Virus record (IMG/VR): IMGVR_UViG_3300047483_000490
Span: 15,636-79,635 of that record
DNA: 64,000 nt
Origin: a virus
Strand: one strand, 5' to 3'
The notes beneath the pieces were generated by a model, which was not told the DNA's origin, made no database searches, and saw only the letters and a list, made by a program, of their open reading frames with translations. The position numbers were made by a program, and so were the translations under genes. Below, in pieces: positions 56,172 through 64,000 of the stretch (its first letter is position 1; every line of letters starts with the position of its first letter).

Positions 56172-56729
56172 ATGAAGAAAGTTAAATTATTTGAACAATT
56201 CTTAAATGAATTTGAAATACCTTCTAACAAATGGATCGACATGGATCTTAAGAAGATTGACAAAGAAGGTATGGAATCAATCTGGGCAATGTACACTAAA
56301 ACTTATTTAGATGCAGGTATGGATTTATCAGCTGATGATTGGGAAGAAATGCAAGCAAAATACAAAGCAACTGCCTTAAAAGATGTAGACTCAGATCATC
56401 AAGCAGATGCATTTATCATATACAAACCTACTAAATGGGGTAATAAAATTGCTTTATTAGGCACTAATGGCAAAAAAGAAGCTAAATCTGACATAGTTAA
56501 AAAACTTTTACAGTTAGTTAACACTAAAGGTTGGTTTATTGAAGCTTCTTTAAGAATGGAAGAGTTGCTTAGTCAAGCCAAAGCTCCTGTTATTACAGAT
56601 AAAGAAATGATTGAAGATGTTGTTGGTTTAGACAAAAAGCCTGAGTTTACACAAGATGGTTACTACACAAGATTTTTATCAAAAGCAGGTAAAAGAATCA
56701 CTAAAAAAATATACGGTAAATTAAAATGA
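56172..56729 (+). CDS. Leader-tagged putative internal head protein 7
   Basis: MKKVKLFEQFLNE. Confidence 0.75.
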   Translation: MKKVKLFEQFLNEFEIPSNKWIDMDLKKIDKEGMESIWAMYTKTYLDAGMDLSADDWEEMQAKYKATALKDVDSDHQADAFIIYKPTKWGNKIALLGTNGKKEAKSDIVKKLLQLVNTKGWFIEASLRMEELLSQAKAPVITDKEMIEDVVGLDKKPEFTQDGYYTRFLSKAGKRITKKIYGKLK

Positions 56730-57445
56730 AATTAGTTAAATTATTTGAAGAGTTTATTAACGAAGGTGTACACGATAAAAACATCTTAAAAGCTATTTTT
56801 ATGGCAGGTGGACCGGGTTCTGGTAAATCTAGAGTTGTTAGAGAACTTTTCGATATACCTGAAGGAGGTATTCAGTCCGTTTCATATTCAACGGGGCTTA
56901 AAGTTATTAATTCAGATCCTGCTTTTGAACTTGAACTTCAAAAAATAGGTGTTAATCCTAAAGATTTAGCAACAATGGACACAGATGAGTTTGATAGTCT
57001 TACACAAGGTGAAGCATCTCCAAGAGGTAAAGCTAAAAAAATAACAATGTCTAGACAAAAATTATACATGAAAGGCCGTTTAGGTATGTTAATTGATGGC
57101 ACCGGAGATGATTACAAGAAAATTCAATCTAGAAAAGAAGCCATTGAAAAACTAGGTTATGATGTATATATGATTTTTGTTAATACTTCTCTTGAAGTGG
57201 CATTACAAAGAAACGCAGCGAGATCTAGATCAATTCCAGACGAATTAGTAAAAGAAATTTGGCAGTCTGTACAAGATAATATTGGTCACTTTCAAGGTTT
57301 ATTCGGTGGACAAAACATGATTATCATAGATAATTCTTTAACTGGGACTGCTCATATCAAACAAATGGAAGGCGCTATAGCCAAATTACTTAGAAAACCT
57401 GTACAAAATCACATTGGTAAACAGTGGATTAAGGCAAATTCTTAA
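56726..57445 (+). CDS. Leader-tagged P-loop kinase (zeta toxin/AAA_33-like)
   Basis: MKLVKLFEEFINE; AGGPGSGKS; IDGTG; VNTSLEVALQRN..R.R. Confidence 0.8.
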   Translation: MKLVKLFEEFINEGVHDKNILKAIFMAGGPGSGKSRVVRELFDIPEGGIQSVSYSTGLKVINSDPAFELELQKIGVNPKDLATMDTDEFDSLTQGEASPRGKAKKITMSRQKLYMKGRLGMLIDGTGDDYKKIQSRKEAIEKLGYDVYMIFVNTSLEVALQRNAARSRSIPDELVKEIWQSVQDNIGHFQGLFGGQNMIIIDNSLTGTAHIKQMEGAIAKLLRKPVQNHIGKQWIKANS

Positions 57446-57471
57446 AAAACACATATTTTTAAAAATAAATG

Positions 57472-57512
57472 CTCAAATATTTTTTTATTTGGGCTTTTTT
57501 TTGTATATTTAC
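57472..57512 (+). promoter_or_regulatory. Class I promoter repeat
   Basis: CAAATATTTTTTTATTTGGGC...GTATATTTAC. Confidence 0.7.
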
Positions 57513-57533
57513 ATTATAATTAAAAACAAGAAG

Positions 57534-57986
57534 ATGAACAAGAAAATAGTTTATATCGATTTAGACGGAGTAATGGTTGATTTAGAAGGCCACGCAATCG
57601 AAAGACACGGACCAGATGCAGTTAGACATTTAGGTAGATTAACATCAGTAGATAAAGAGTTGTTTGAGAATCCTGAACCTATCTCTGGAGCTCTAGATGC
57701 TGTTAAAACACTAATGGAACAGTATGATGTGTATTTCTTAAGCACAGCGCCATGGTCAAATGCAGAGTCTTGGAGCTCTAAACGCAGATGGGTTCAAAAA
57801 CACTTGGGTAAATTAGCACACAAAAGACTTATACTTTCTCACAGAAAAGATCTTTTAATGGGTGATTATCTTATTGATGACAGACCTAATAATGGTGCAG
57901 CAGAATTCAAAGGTCAATGGATTCAATTTGGCCAACCTGAATTTAAAAATTGGGAGCAAGTTTTAAATTACTTAATAATAAAATAA
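57534..57986 (+). CDS. 5'(3')-deoxyribonucleotidase (NT5C, HAD)
   Basis: YIDLDGV, LSTAPW, K..W, GDYLIDDR. Confidence 0.92.
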   Translation: MNKKIVYIDLDGVMVDLEGHAIERHGPDAVRHLGRLTSVDKELFENPEPISGALDAVKTLMEQYDVYFLSTAPWSNAESWSSKRRWVQKHLGKLAHKRLILSHRKDLLMGDYLIDDRPNNGAAEFKGQWIQFGQPEFKNWEQVLNYLIIK

Positions 57987-57996
57987 TATATAGACT

Positions 57997-58419
57997 ATGA
58001 AAACAGTAAAATTATTCGAACAATACGTAAATGAAAGTTTAATCTTTGATGATGGAACTACAGATATTACACAAGCATCTGAAATATTAAAAGACGCTTT
58101 AGAAAAAGAAAAACCAGGTTACATCTCTTTAAGTAAAGGTGTTTTTGGTAATGATACTATCATGCTTTTAGTTTCTTTTGAACCTAAAACAGAATGGTCT
58201 AATGGATATGTAGAGAATTCTAATTACTTTAGAATGGCTATTTACAAAGATGGCAAAATGGAAGTTTTCACACAATCTTTATATGAGCCAGGAAAACAAG
58301 TATCTTATGAAACTCGTTTGAAAATCAAATTTAGAAAAGCAACTGCAAAATCTATGAAAGATGCTGCTGATAGAGCTGTTAAATTTGTTAAAGAAGTAAA
58401 AAAAGCACTAGGTAAATAG
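57997..58419 (+). CDS. Leader-tagged putative internal head protein 9
   Basis: MKTVKLFEQYVNE. Confidence 0.75.
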   Translation: MKTVKLFEQYVNESLIFDDGTTDITQASEILKDALEKEKPGYISLSKGVFGNDTIMLLVSFEPKTEWSNGYVENSNYFRMAIYKDGKMEVFTQSLYEPGKQVSYETRLKIKFRKATAKSMKDAADRAVKFVKEVKKALGK

Positions 58420-58420
58420 C

Positions 58421-58723
58421 ATGAAACACACTAAATTATTCGAACAATTCATAACTGAAAAGAAATCAAGTTATCAAGTTTATCATAGAAGCTATACATC
58501 AGCGGTTGACACTGCTTTAGAGTATGCTGAAGCTCAAGGTTTTACTTATGATAAAGAAGAAACTGCGACCAAAATAGGTATGGGTCCTAAAAGACCAGGT
58601 GATGGTTTTACAAACAGATTTAATATCACGCTTTTTAAAGATGGTAAAGAACAAAAGAAAGCCCTTCAAATTTCAATATATGGAATGGGCGATAAATACG
58701 AACTAAACGCATATATCTCATAA
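58421..58723 (+). CDS. Leader-tagged putative internal head protein 10
   Basis: MKHTKLFEQFITE. Confidence 0.75.
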   Translation: MKHTKLFEQFITEKKSSYQVYHRSYTSAVDTALEYAEAQGFTYDKEETATKIGMGPKRPGDGFTNRFNITLFKDGKEQKKALQISIYGMGDKYELNAYIS

Positions 58724-59868
58724 TGAAAAAAGTAAAACTATTCGAACAGTTTCTAAATGAAGAAACCTCATTTCCAGCTCAATTTGAAATTGGAGAACCA
58801 GTATCATTCATAACAGCCCCTGGCGATGATCAAAGATGGGGATCAATTGTTAAAGTATCATTCACAAAAGCAAAAGTTTTCTATGATATATTAGATGATT
58901 ACACATCAACTGTGATTGGTAACATTGATTCAGTGTTTGTGAAAACATTAAGAAGCAATATAAAATTAGAAGAACCAACCAATGAGTCGGTAAACGTTAA
59001 ATATTTTGAACAATATTTAAATGAAGTAACTCAACACTCTGTTTCAGGCAATTCTGGCAGAACTTATACAACATTAGATAACTCAAAATATGAGTTGAAA
59101 AAAGATGTTAAAGATGCTAAAATCGGTGACTACGTCGATGTAATTTTACCAAAAGGTACTATTATCACAAATCTTCCAGGCGGTGTATTTGCAAATCACA
59201 AAGATCTTAAAGACAAATATTGTACAGGTTATAAAGCTGCTAAATGGCATGATAAATTTGGAGTTGCGATTAGAACAATGCCAGATACTTTAGAAGCTAT
59301 TGAAAATAATTCTAAAATTTTAGAATCTAAATATGATGGTAATATTGCAGGAGATGCTGCAGAATATATTGCTAAAGAATTATCACATTATGTTAAAGGA
59401 ATCATTGACCAATCAAATGATAAACAAACATACTTCCATTTAAAAGACAAATCATATAAAAATAAAGTTATTAAAACTTTAAAGGATATTTATGGTTTAG
59501 ATGCTCAAGATGGTGGAACTCAATTCTCACCTTCACCGACTATCAAATTTGACAATGATGTAATATTAGAAGCTATCGTTAATGAAGCTAAAGATGCTAC
59601 TAGAGAAGAAATCATGGATTTGATGGAAACTAAATATAAAATTAGATTTGTTAGAACTTCTGAAGAATTTGATGGCGAAAAAGATGGTATTTGGATTGCT
59701 GGCGATAACGGAGAAGAATTAAGCGGTAACAAAATATTTGATTATTACAACAAGAGCGCTAAATATAAAAACGGTGTACTTAAGAACGTTGTAGATGCTA
59801 TTGAGAAAAAAGGTTGGTGGTTTTCTTGGAATGATCCAGGAACAATGATGATTTGGCCAAAAAATTAA
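58723..59868 (+). CDS. Leader-tagged multi-module protein (putative polyprotein)
   Basis: MKKVKLFEQFLNE; internal VKYFEQYLNE, ILES and ILEAIVNEA. Confidence 0.75.
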   Translation: MKKVKLFEQFLNEETSFPAQFEIGEPVSFITAPGDDQRWGSIVKVSFTKAKVFYDILDDYTSTVIGNIDSVFVKTLRSNIKLEEPTNESVNVKYFEQYLNEVTQHSVSGNSGRTYTTLDNSKYELKKDVKDAKIGDYVDVILPKGTIITNLPGGVFANHKDLKDKYCTGYKAAKWHDKFGVAIRTMPDTLEAIENNSKILESKYDGNIAGDAAEYIAKELSHYVKGIIDQSNDKQTYFHLKDKSYKNKVIKTLKDIYGLDAQDGGTQFSPSPTIKFDNDVILEAIVNEAKDATREEIMDLMETKYKIRFVRTSEEFDGEKDGIWIAGDNGEELSGNKIFDYYNKSAKYKNGVLKNVVDAIEKKGWWFSWNDPGTMMIWPKN

Positions 59869-59874
59869 TAAGAT

Positions 59875-60162
59875 ATGAAACACATTAAACTATACGAAGA
59901 ATTTGTTAACGAGGCTCAAATTGGAGATAAATTAACTAAGAAATTTACAGAATTGACTGGAATTTCAACATGGGACAAAGTAACTTTAAAATCAGAGTCT
60001 GGAACTTGGACCGTTGTAAGATTATGGGCACCAAAAGATAATGGAGGTATGAATCCTGGATTACATATTGAATTAACTAAAGGTAGTTCTAGAGAACATT
60101 TTCAAGCAATGGATGAAGATGGAACTTTAACAGAATTTGGAAAAGGACTTAAAAAGAAATAA
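59875..60162 (+). CDS. Leader-tagged putative internal head protein 12
   Basis: MKHIKLYEEFVNE. Confidence 0.75.
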   Translation: MKHIKLYEEFVNEAQIGDKLTKKFTELTGISTWDKVTLKSESGTWTVVRLWAPKDNGGMNPGLHIELTKGSSREHFQAMDEDGTLTEFGKGLKKK

Positions 60163-60527
60163 TGAAACACATGACAAATTTTAATTCATTTGTTAACGAA
60201 TCTGCAAAGTCAGATAAATTAACACCGTTGTTAATAAATGCTATTGACAAAGTTGACAATTCTCTTTCTTATACAGATTTTGCAATTGCGATTGCAAACA
60301 TCATCAAAGACGAATACGGTTCTCACAATATTAAACCATTTATGGCTGTTCTACAAAAAGAATTAAGCGTTAAAGAATCAGAAGAATTAGAAGAATCAAA
60401 AGACTCTGATACATTCGTTGGAAATCCAAGCGAAGACTCAAGAATGGTAGACATTAGAGCTTTTAGAGGCGCAGTTAAAGATCTTACTGATTTTATTGAC
60501 GATAAAATTAAAGAAACACAAAAATAG
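60162..60527 (+). CDS. Leader-tagged putative internal head protein 13
   Basis: MKHMTNFNSFVNE. Confidence 0.75.
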   Translation: MKHMTNFNSFVNESAKSDKLTPLLINAIDKVDNSLSYTDFAIAIANIIKDEYGSHNIKPFMAVLQKELSVKESEELEESKDSDTFVGNPSEDSRMVDIRAFRGAVKDLTDFIDDKIKETQK

Positions 60528-60603
60528 TTTGAAACTTTCTAAAAAAGACTAATATATAAACAGTAGAACCTCTAATCCTCTACAAAAAATATCTAAATCT
60601 TTT

Positions 60604-60780
60604 ATGGAAAAGTTCATCCCAGAAGTCGACATCACTTCTGAGATCGAGCCCAAAGAGACAAAAGGTCCAATTGTTGAAACTATAGAAAACATCATTAAGC
60701 ATTATGATTTTATTTCTATTCTAGACGAAGACGACGAAGAGTCTGATTGGATTTGGTTCGGAGTTGGTGGCCCGGCCTAA
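60604..60780 (+). CDS. 58-aa acidic hypothetical protein
   Basis: MEKFIPEVDITSEIEPK...WIWFGVGGPA between class II promoter and terminator. Confidence 0.55.
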   Translation: MEKFIPEVDITSEIEPKETKGPIVETIENIIKHYDFISILDEDDEESDWIWFGVGGPA

Positions 60781-60789
60781 AAAGAAATC

Positions 60790-60818
60790 AAAAGGAATCT
60801 AACTGATTCCTTTTTTTA
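60790..60818 (+). terminator. Intrinsic terminator
   Basis: AAAAGGAATC/GATTCCTTTT plus T-tract. Confidence 0.85.
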
Positions 60819-60865
60819 TGCAATAAACTTTTCGCTAAATTCACGTATAAACTAGACTTAAATAT

Positions 60866-62590
60866 GTGAACGTGCTAGAAGAAATCAACGAGAAATTAGA
60901 TCAGATTATAAAAGAAGAAAGGCTTGGTAAAGGCTTTCAATTTCGAACAGGCCAAAGAGAAACTATCACGGCAATTTGTAAAACATATTTTGAAGATCCA
61001 AAAGCAACCATTGTTATTGATGCACCGACAGGAACTGGTAAATCTATTATTGCCATGGCTTCAAGTCTTGTTTTATCAGGCTTTGACAAACAAGGTTATT
61101 TAATTACCAGTGATTTATCATTACAAGACCAATACGAATCAGATTTTTATAGATTAGGCTTACACTGGCCTTCAGTAAAAGGCGCAGATAACTATGAATG
61201 TTCTGTCAACAACTTACCATTTTCATTAGGTGATTGTCGTTTAAAGGGTATGGGTTATGAGCAAGCTTCTAAGCTTGATTGTTATGGATCTTGTGATTAC
61301 TTACAAAACAGACAAAGAGCCATTAACCACAGGGTTTGTTTACTTAACTATGCATTTTGGTTGCTACAAAGAAATTACGTAGAAGATAAAAAGGCAGATG
61401 AAGGTGGCTCACCATTTGCACAAAGAGATTTTGCATTCTTTGATGAGGCTCATAAAGTAGATGAGATCGTTCAAAATCATTTTAGTCCAAGAGTTGACTC
61501 AGACATTTCTTCAAGAATTCAAACAGTTAATTCGTTCTTAATGAAGTGGGGTTTCTCAGAGCCTAAAGTAACTAAGAATAGAATAGACAGCGTCATTAAT
61601 ATGTTGTTAAATGAAACTGATAACAAAAAGATCTTTGAAGCAATGGGTTACTTAAAGCAATATTTAGGGCATTATAACTCAATGAACCAGGATATTAAGA
61701 GTGCAGCCAAAAAAAGATTTAGTAATGGTTTAGTGCCTAAAGATTGGCAAAATGCAATGACTGCGCTTGACAGAATCAAAGATGTTTATTGTAAATTTGA
61801 TGACTATATTGATATTATAGCTGAAGTTGGTTTGGATAAAATGGTCGTAGATCAAAACAGAGAAGAAGCCAAATTTACATGTATTGAAGAACAATGGATG
61901 ATTAGAAAACACTTACATTCAAAGGCAGATTTTAAAGTCTTTATGAGTGCTACTATAGGTGATCCAGCTTCTTATATGAGAATTATGGGCATTGAGAATG
62001 CTAGATTCATCAGGCTTACTAACGACTTTAACTATGATAAATCTCCGATAGTTTTCATTAACAAACACAGAATGTCTATGAGAGAAAAGGAAGCTAGTTT
62101 GCCAAAAGTATTAGAGATGCTTGACAAAATCATAGACAAACACAAAGGTCAAAGAGGTGTTATACATTGTGGTTCATATGAATTTATGAATTACATCATG
62201 GCTAAGAGTAAACACACATTTAGATTAATCAACTATGAAAATTCCAAAGATAAAGCAGGTGCTTTAGAGTTGTTTAAGAAAAAAGAAGGCTCTGTGTTAG
62301 TTGGTCCATCTATTTTAGAAGGTTTAGATTTAAAAGATGATACTAGTAGATTTCAAATATTCTTTAAAGTTCCATATCCATCGTTAAACAGTCCACATAT
62401 CAAGGCTAAAATGAAATATATGCCAGATTGGTATGATTGGAAAACTAGTGTGAGTTTCTTACAAGGTGTTGGAAGATCTGTTAGAAGCAAAGACGATTGG
62501 GCTGTTACTTATATGTTAGATGCTTGTTTTAGAGGCTTAATAAGTAAAGTGCCTAAAGATATTAAATCTAGAATAAAAATGATTGAATAG
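60866..62590 (+). CDS. DinG/XPD-family SF2 helicase
   Basis: APTGTGKS, Cys cluster, DEAH, MSAT, EGLD, KVPYP, QGVGR.VR...D. Confidence 0.92.
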   Translation: MNVLEEINEKLDQIIKEERLGKGFQFRTGQRETITAICKTYFEDPKATIVIDAPTGTGKSIIAMASSLVLSGFDKQGYLITSDLSLQDQYESDFYRLGLHWPSVKGADNYECSVNNLPFSLGDCRLKGMGYEQASKLDCYGSCDYLQNRQRAINHRVCLLNYAFWLLQRNYVEDKKADEGGSPFAQRDFAFFDEAHKVDEIVQNHFSPRVDSDISSRIQTVNSFLMKWGFSEPKVTKNRIDSVINMLLNETDNKKIFEAMGYLKQYLGHYNSMNQDIKSAAKKRFSNGLVPKDWQNAMTALDRIKDVYCKFDDYIDIIAEVGLDKMVVDQNREEAKFTCIEEQWMIRKHLHSKADFKVFMSATIGDPASYMRIMGIENARFIRLTNDFNYDKSPIVFINKHRMSMREKEASLPKVLEMLDKIIDKHKGQRGVIHCGSYEFMNYIMAKSKHTFRLINYENSKDKAGALELFKKKEGSVLVGPSILEGLDLKDDTSRFQIFFKVPYPSLNSPHIKAKMKYMPDWYDWKTSVSFLQGVGRSVRSKDDWAVTYMLDACFRGLISKVPKDIKSRIKMIE

Positions 62591-62617
62591 ATATAACAAA
62601 AACACACGCATACTAAA

Positions 62618-62809
62618 ATGGCACTCTTTAAATTAATCAAAGAACTAGAACTTAGATTATCTGACTTGGAAGCTAAAAAACCAAGTACACTTCTTTTTAA
62701 AATGATCATAGACGCACAAATAAAGGGTCTGCAATCCAAGATAAAAGAGCTTAGAGATGAGGTTGCCGAACGAAAAAAAGGAAATTATGTCACAGAAGAT
62801 TATAAATAA
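62618..62809 (+). CDS. Small coiled-coil protein
   Basis: ORF track. Confidence 0.55.
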   Translation: MALFKLIKELELRLSDLEAKKPSTLLFKMIIDAQIKGLQSKIKELRDEVAERKKGNYVTEDYK

Positions 62810-62864
62810 TTACATTGAAAACCAATCAGTTATAAAAAAGTTGAAAAATAATTGAAAAAAAGTT

Positions 62865-62905
62865 AGCCCAGATTTTTTTATTTGGGCTTTTTTTCGTATA
62901 TTTAC
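62865..62905 (+). promoter_or_regulatory. Class I promoter, stem-loop variant
   Basis: AGCCCAGA-TTTTTTTA-TTTGGGCT-TTTTT-CGTATATTTAC. Confidence 0.7.
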
Positions 62906-62928
62906 TATGTAATTAAAAGATAAACAAT

Positions 62929-63276
62929 ATGAATACAATCATCCAAGTTCAACAATTCAGATTTAACGATGGCCAATATCGTAACGTAGAAGTTCCTACT
63001 TCAGAAATTACAAGCGATGTGTTTAGTGTATTAGACTTAGTATTTCATTACGGTCAGAATATGTTTCAACCACAAAATGCACCTTCAGTTTCAGTTGGTG
63101 ATGTAATCAACTACGATCGCAGATACTTTATGGTTGCTGGTTTTGGTTTTACTGAAATTAAAAGTGAGACTTACGAAGTTCTTAAAAGAGCTTGTAGTGC
63201 ATCTTGTAAGAATAACACTAGATATGACTTAGAATTGTGGAACATGATTGGTGAAGAATCATTAGAATACTGTTAA
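62929..63276 (+). CDS. Hypothetical protein (YodL-like motif)
   Basis: PSVSVGDVI.....Y.V...GF. Confidence 0.6.
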   Translation: MNTIIQVQQFRFNDGQYRNVEVPTSEITSDVFSVLDLVFHYGQNMFQPQNAPSVSVGDVINYDRRYFMVAGFGFTEIKSETYEVLKRACSASCKNNTRYDLELWNMIGEESLEYC

Positions 63277-63447
63277 TATGAAACAAATTTACATGGAGCA
63301 AACCTTAATGGCAATGGCTCAAAAATCAGAAGAAAATCCAACTGCACACAAACAACATTTGGATATAATTAATTCAAAAGATGCTACTTTAAAACAAACC
63401 GAGTCTGGCATCAGATACGTTGTAATTGAATCTAAATCAGAAGAAAA

Positions 63448-63644
63448 TGAAAACTAACAAAAAAAGACCTGGCTTTAATGAATGGGCTATCAAATTCAAT
63501 GTCTCTTCTAGATGGGAAGAGATCTCACCTGAGAAAAAAGCTTTAATTGAAAGAATTAGAAATGCTCGTTTTCAAAAAGAAATGGACGAGTACAACAAAA
63601 AGAAAAAGGATTCTCAACCAGATTTCAAATCTTACGGAGAATAA
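63448..63644 (+). CDS. Hypothetical protein
   Basis: ORF track; probable ATG start MKTNKK (start approximate). Confidence 0.55.
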
Positions 63645-63664
63645 GTTTAACCAAAATTAAAATT

Positions 63665-64000
63665 ATGTTATACAAATACGATAAAAATCAATTAGTTTTT
63701 AAGTCTTTAAAATTAAAATCATATATTAAAGCTGCGACGCTTTGTATTTTAGCAATAAGTTTAACTTCATTTTACAGTTACAAATTAGGTATTGATAAAG
63801 CAGTTAATGGTTTAACTGAATATGAAAAAGTTGTATTGATTAAAAAGTCTGATACATTCAATAGTCAAAAATTGGTAACTATGATGAAGAGTTTGAATAT
63901 TAAATTCGCTTGGATTCCAATGGCACAATCAATTGTCGAGACAGGTCACTGGAAATCAAATATCTTTGTTGAGAATAATAACTTGTTTGGTATGAAAGAA
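63665..64000 (+). CDS. Glucosaminidase (GH73) domain protein with TM helix, 3'-truncated
   Basis: AQSIVETG.W.S......NNLFGMK; frame open to window end. Confidence 0.8.
   Translation, partial: MLYKYDKNQLVFKSLKLKSYIKAATLCILAISLTSFYSYKLGIDKAVNGLTEYEKVVLIKKSDTFNSQKLVTMMKSLNIKFAWIPMAQSIVETGHWKSNIFVENNNLFGMKE

Noticed and set aside
52571-60527. Leader array as an integron-like cassette system or diversity-generating retroelement
   Set aside because: No attC-like palindromes, integrase or reverse transcriptase in the window; similarity is limited to the peptide-coding leader
26793-62739. Numerous short ORFs nested in or antisense to well-supported genes
   Set aside because: No motifs, unusual starts, and complete overlap with strong genes
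1-64000. Stop-codon reassignment
   Set aside because: Conserved enzymes are full length under the standard code, TAG and TGA end several genes at sensible places, and no suppressor anticodon was seen

Overview
AT-rich, gene-dense, almost entirely + strand segment of a large (jumbo-type, probably T4-like) dsDNA bacteriophage genome. The host is probably Bacteroidota/Flavobacteria: there are no Shine-Dalgarno motifs, the promoters resemble the TAnnTTTG type, and there is an Hc1-like protein and a D(S/T)-rich lipoprotein. The window carries nucleotide and DNA metabolism genes (thyA, guanylate kinase, prs-like, DNA ligase, DinG helicase, NT5C), RNA repair and translation-rescue genes, two glycan-modification clusters, a collagen-like tail fibre module, lysis enzymes, four free-standing homing endonucleases and about 16 tRNAs. 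Two systems stand out. (1) An array of 13 otherwise unrelated genes (52.6-60.5 kb) that all begin with the same 13-aa leader, MKxxKLFEEF(L/V/I)NE. It resembles the T4 capsid-targeting sequence and is fused to cargo such as an Acb1-like 2H phosphodiesterase, a GNAT and a zeta-toxin-like kinase, suggesting a virion-packaged effector cassette. (2) A large set of non-canonical tRNA-derived RNAs, including four 'stem-CAGCAA' RNAs (two circularly permuted tRNAs, YrlA-like, and two carrying only a small hairpin, in one case a tRNA-Lys anticodon loop) and several tRNA shells with deleted or expanded arms. All calls come from motif reading by eye; no searches or folding programs were run.
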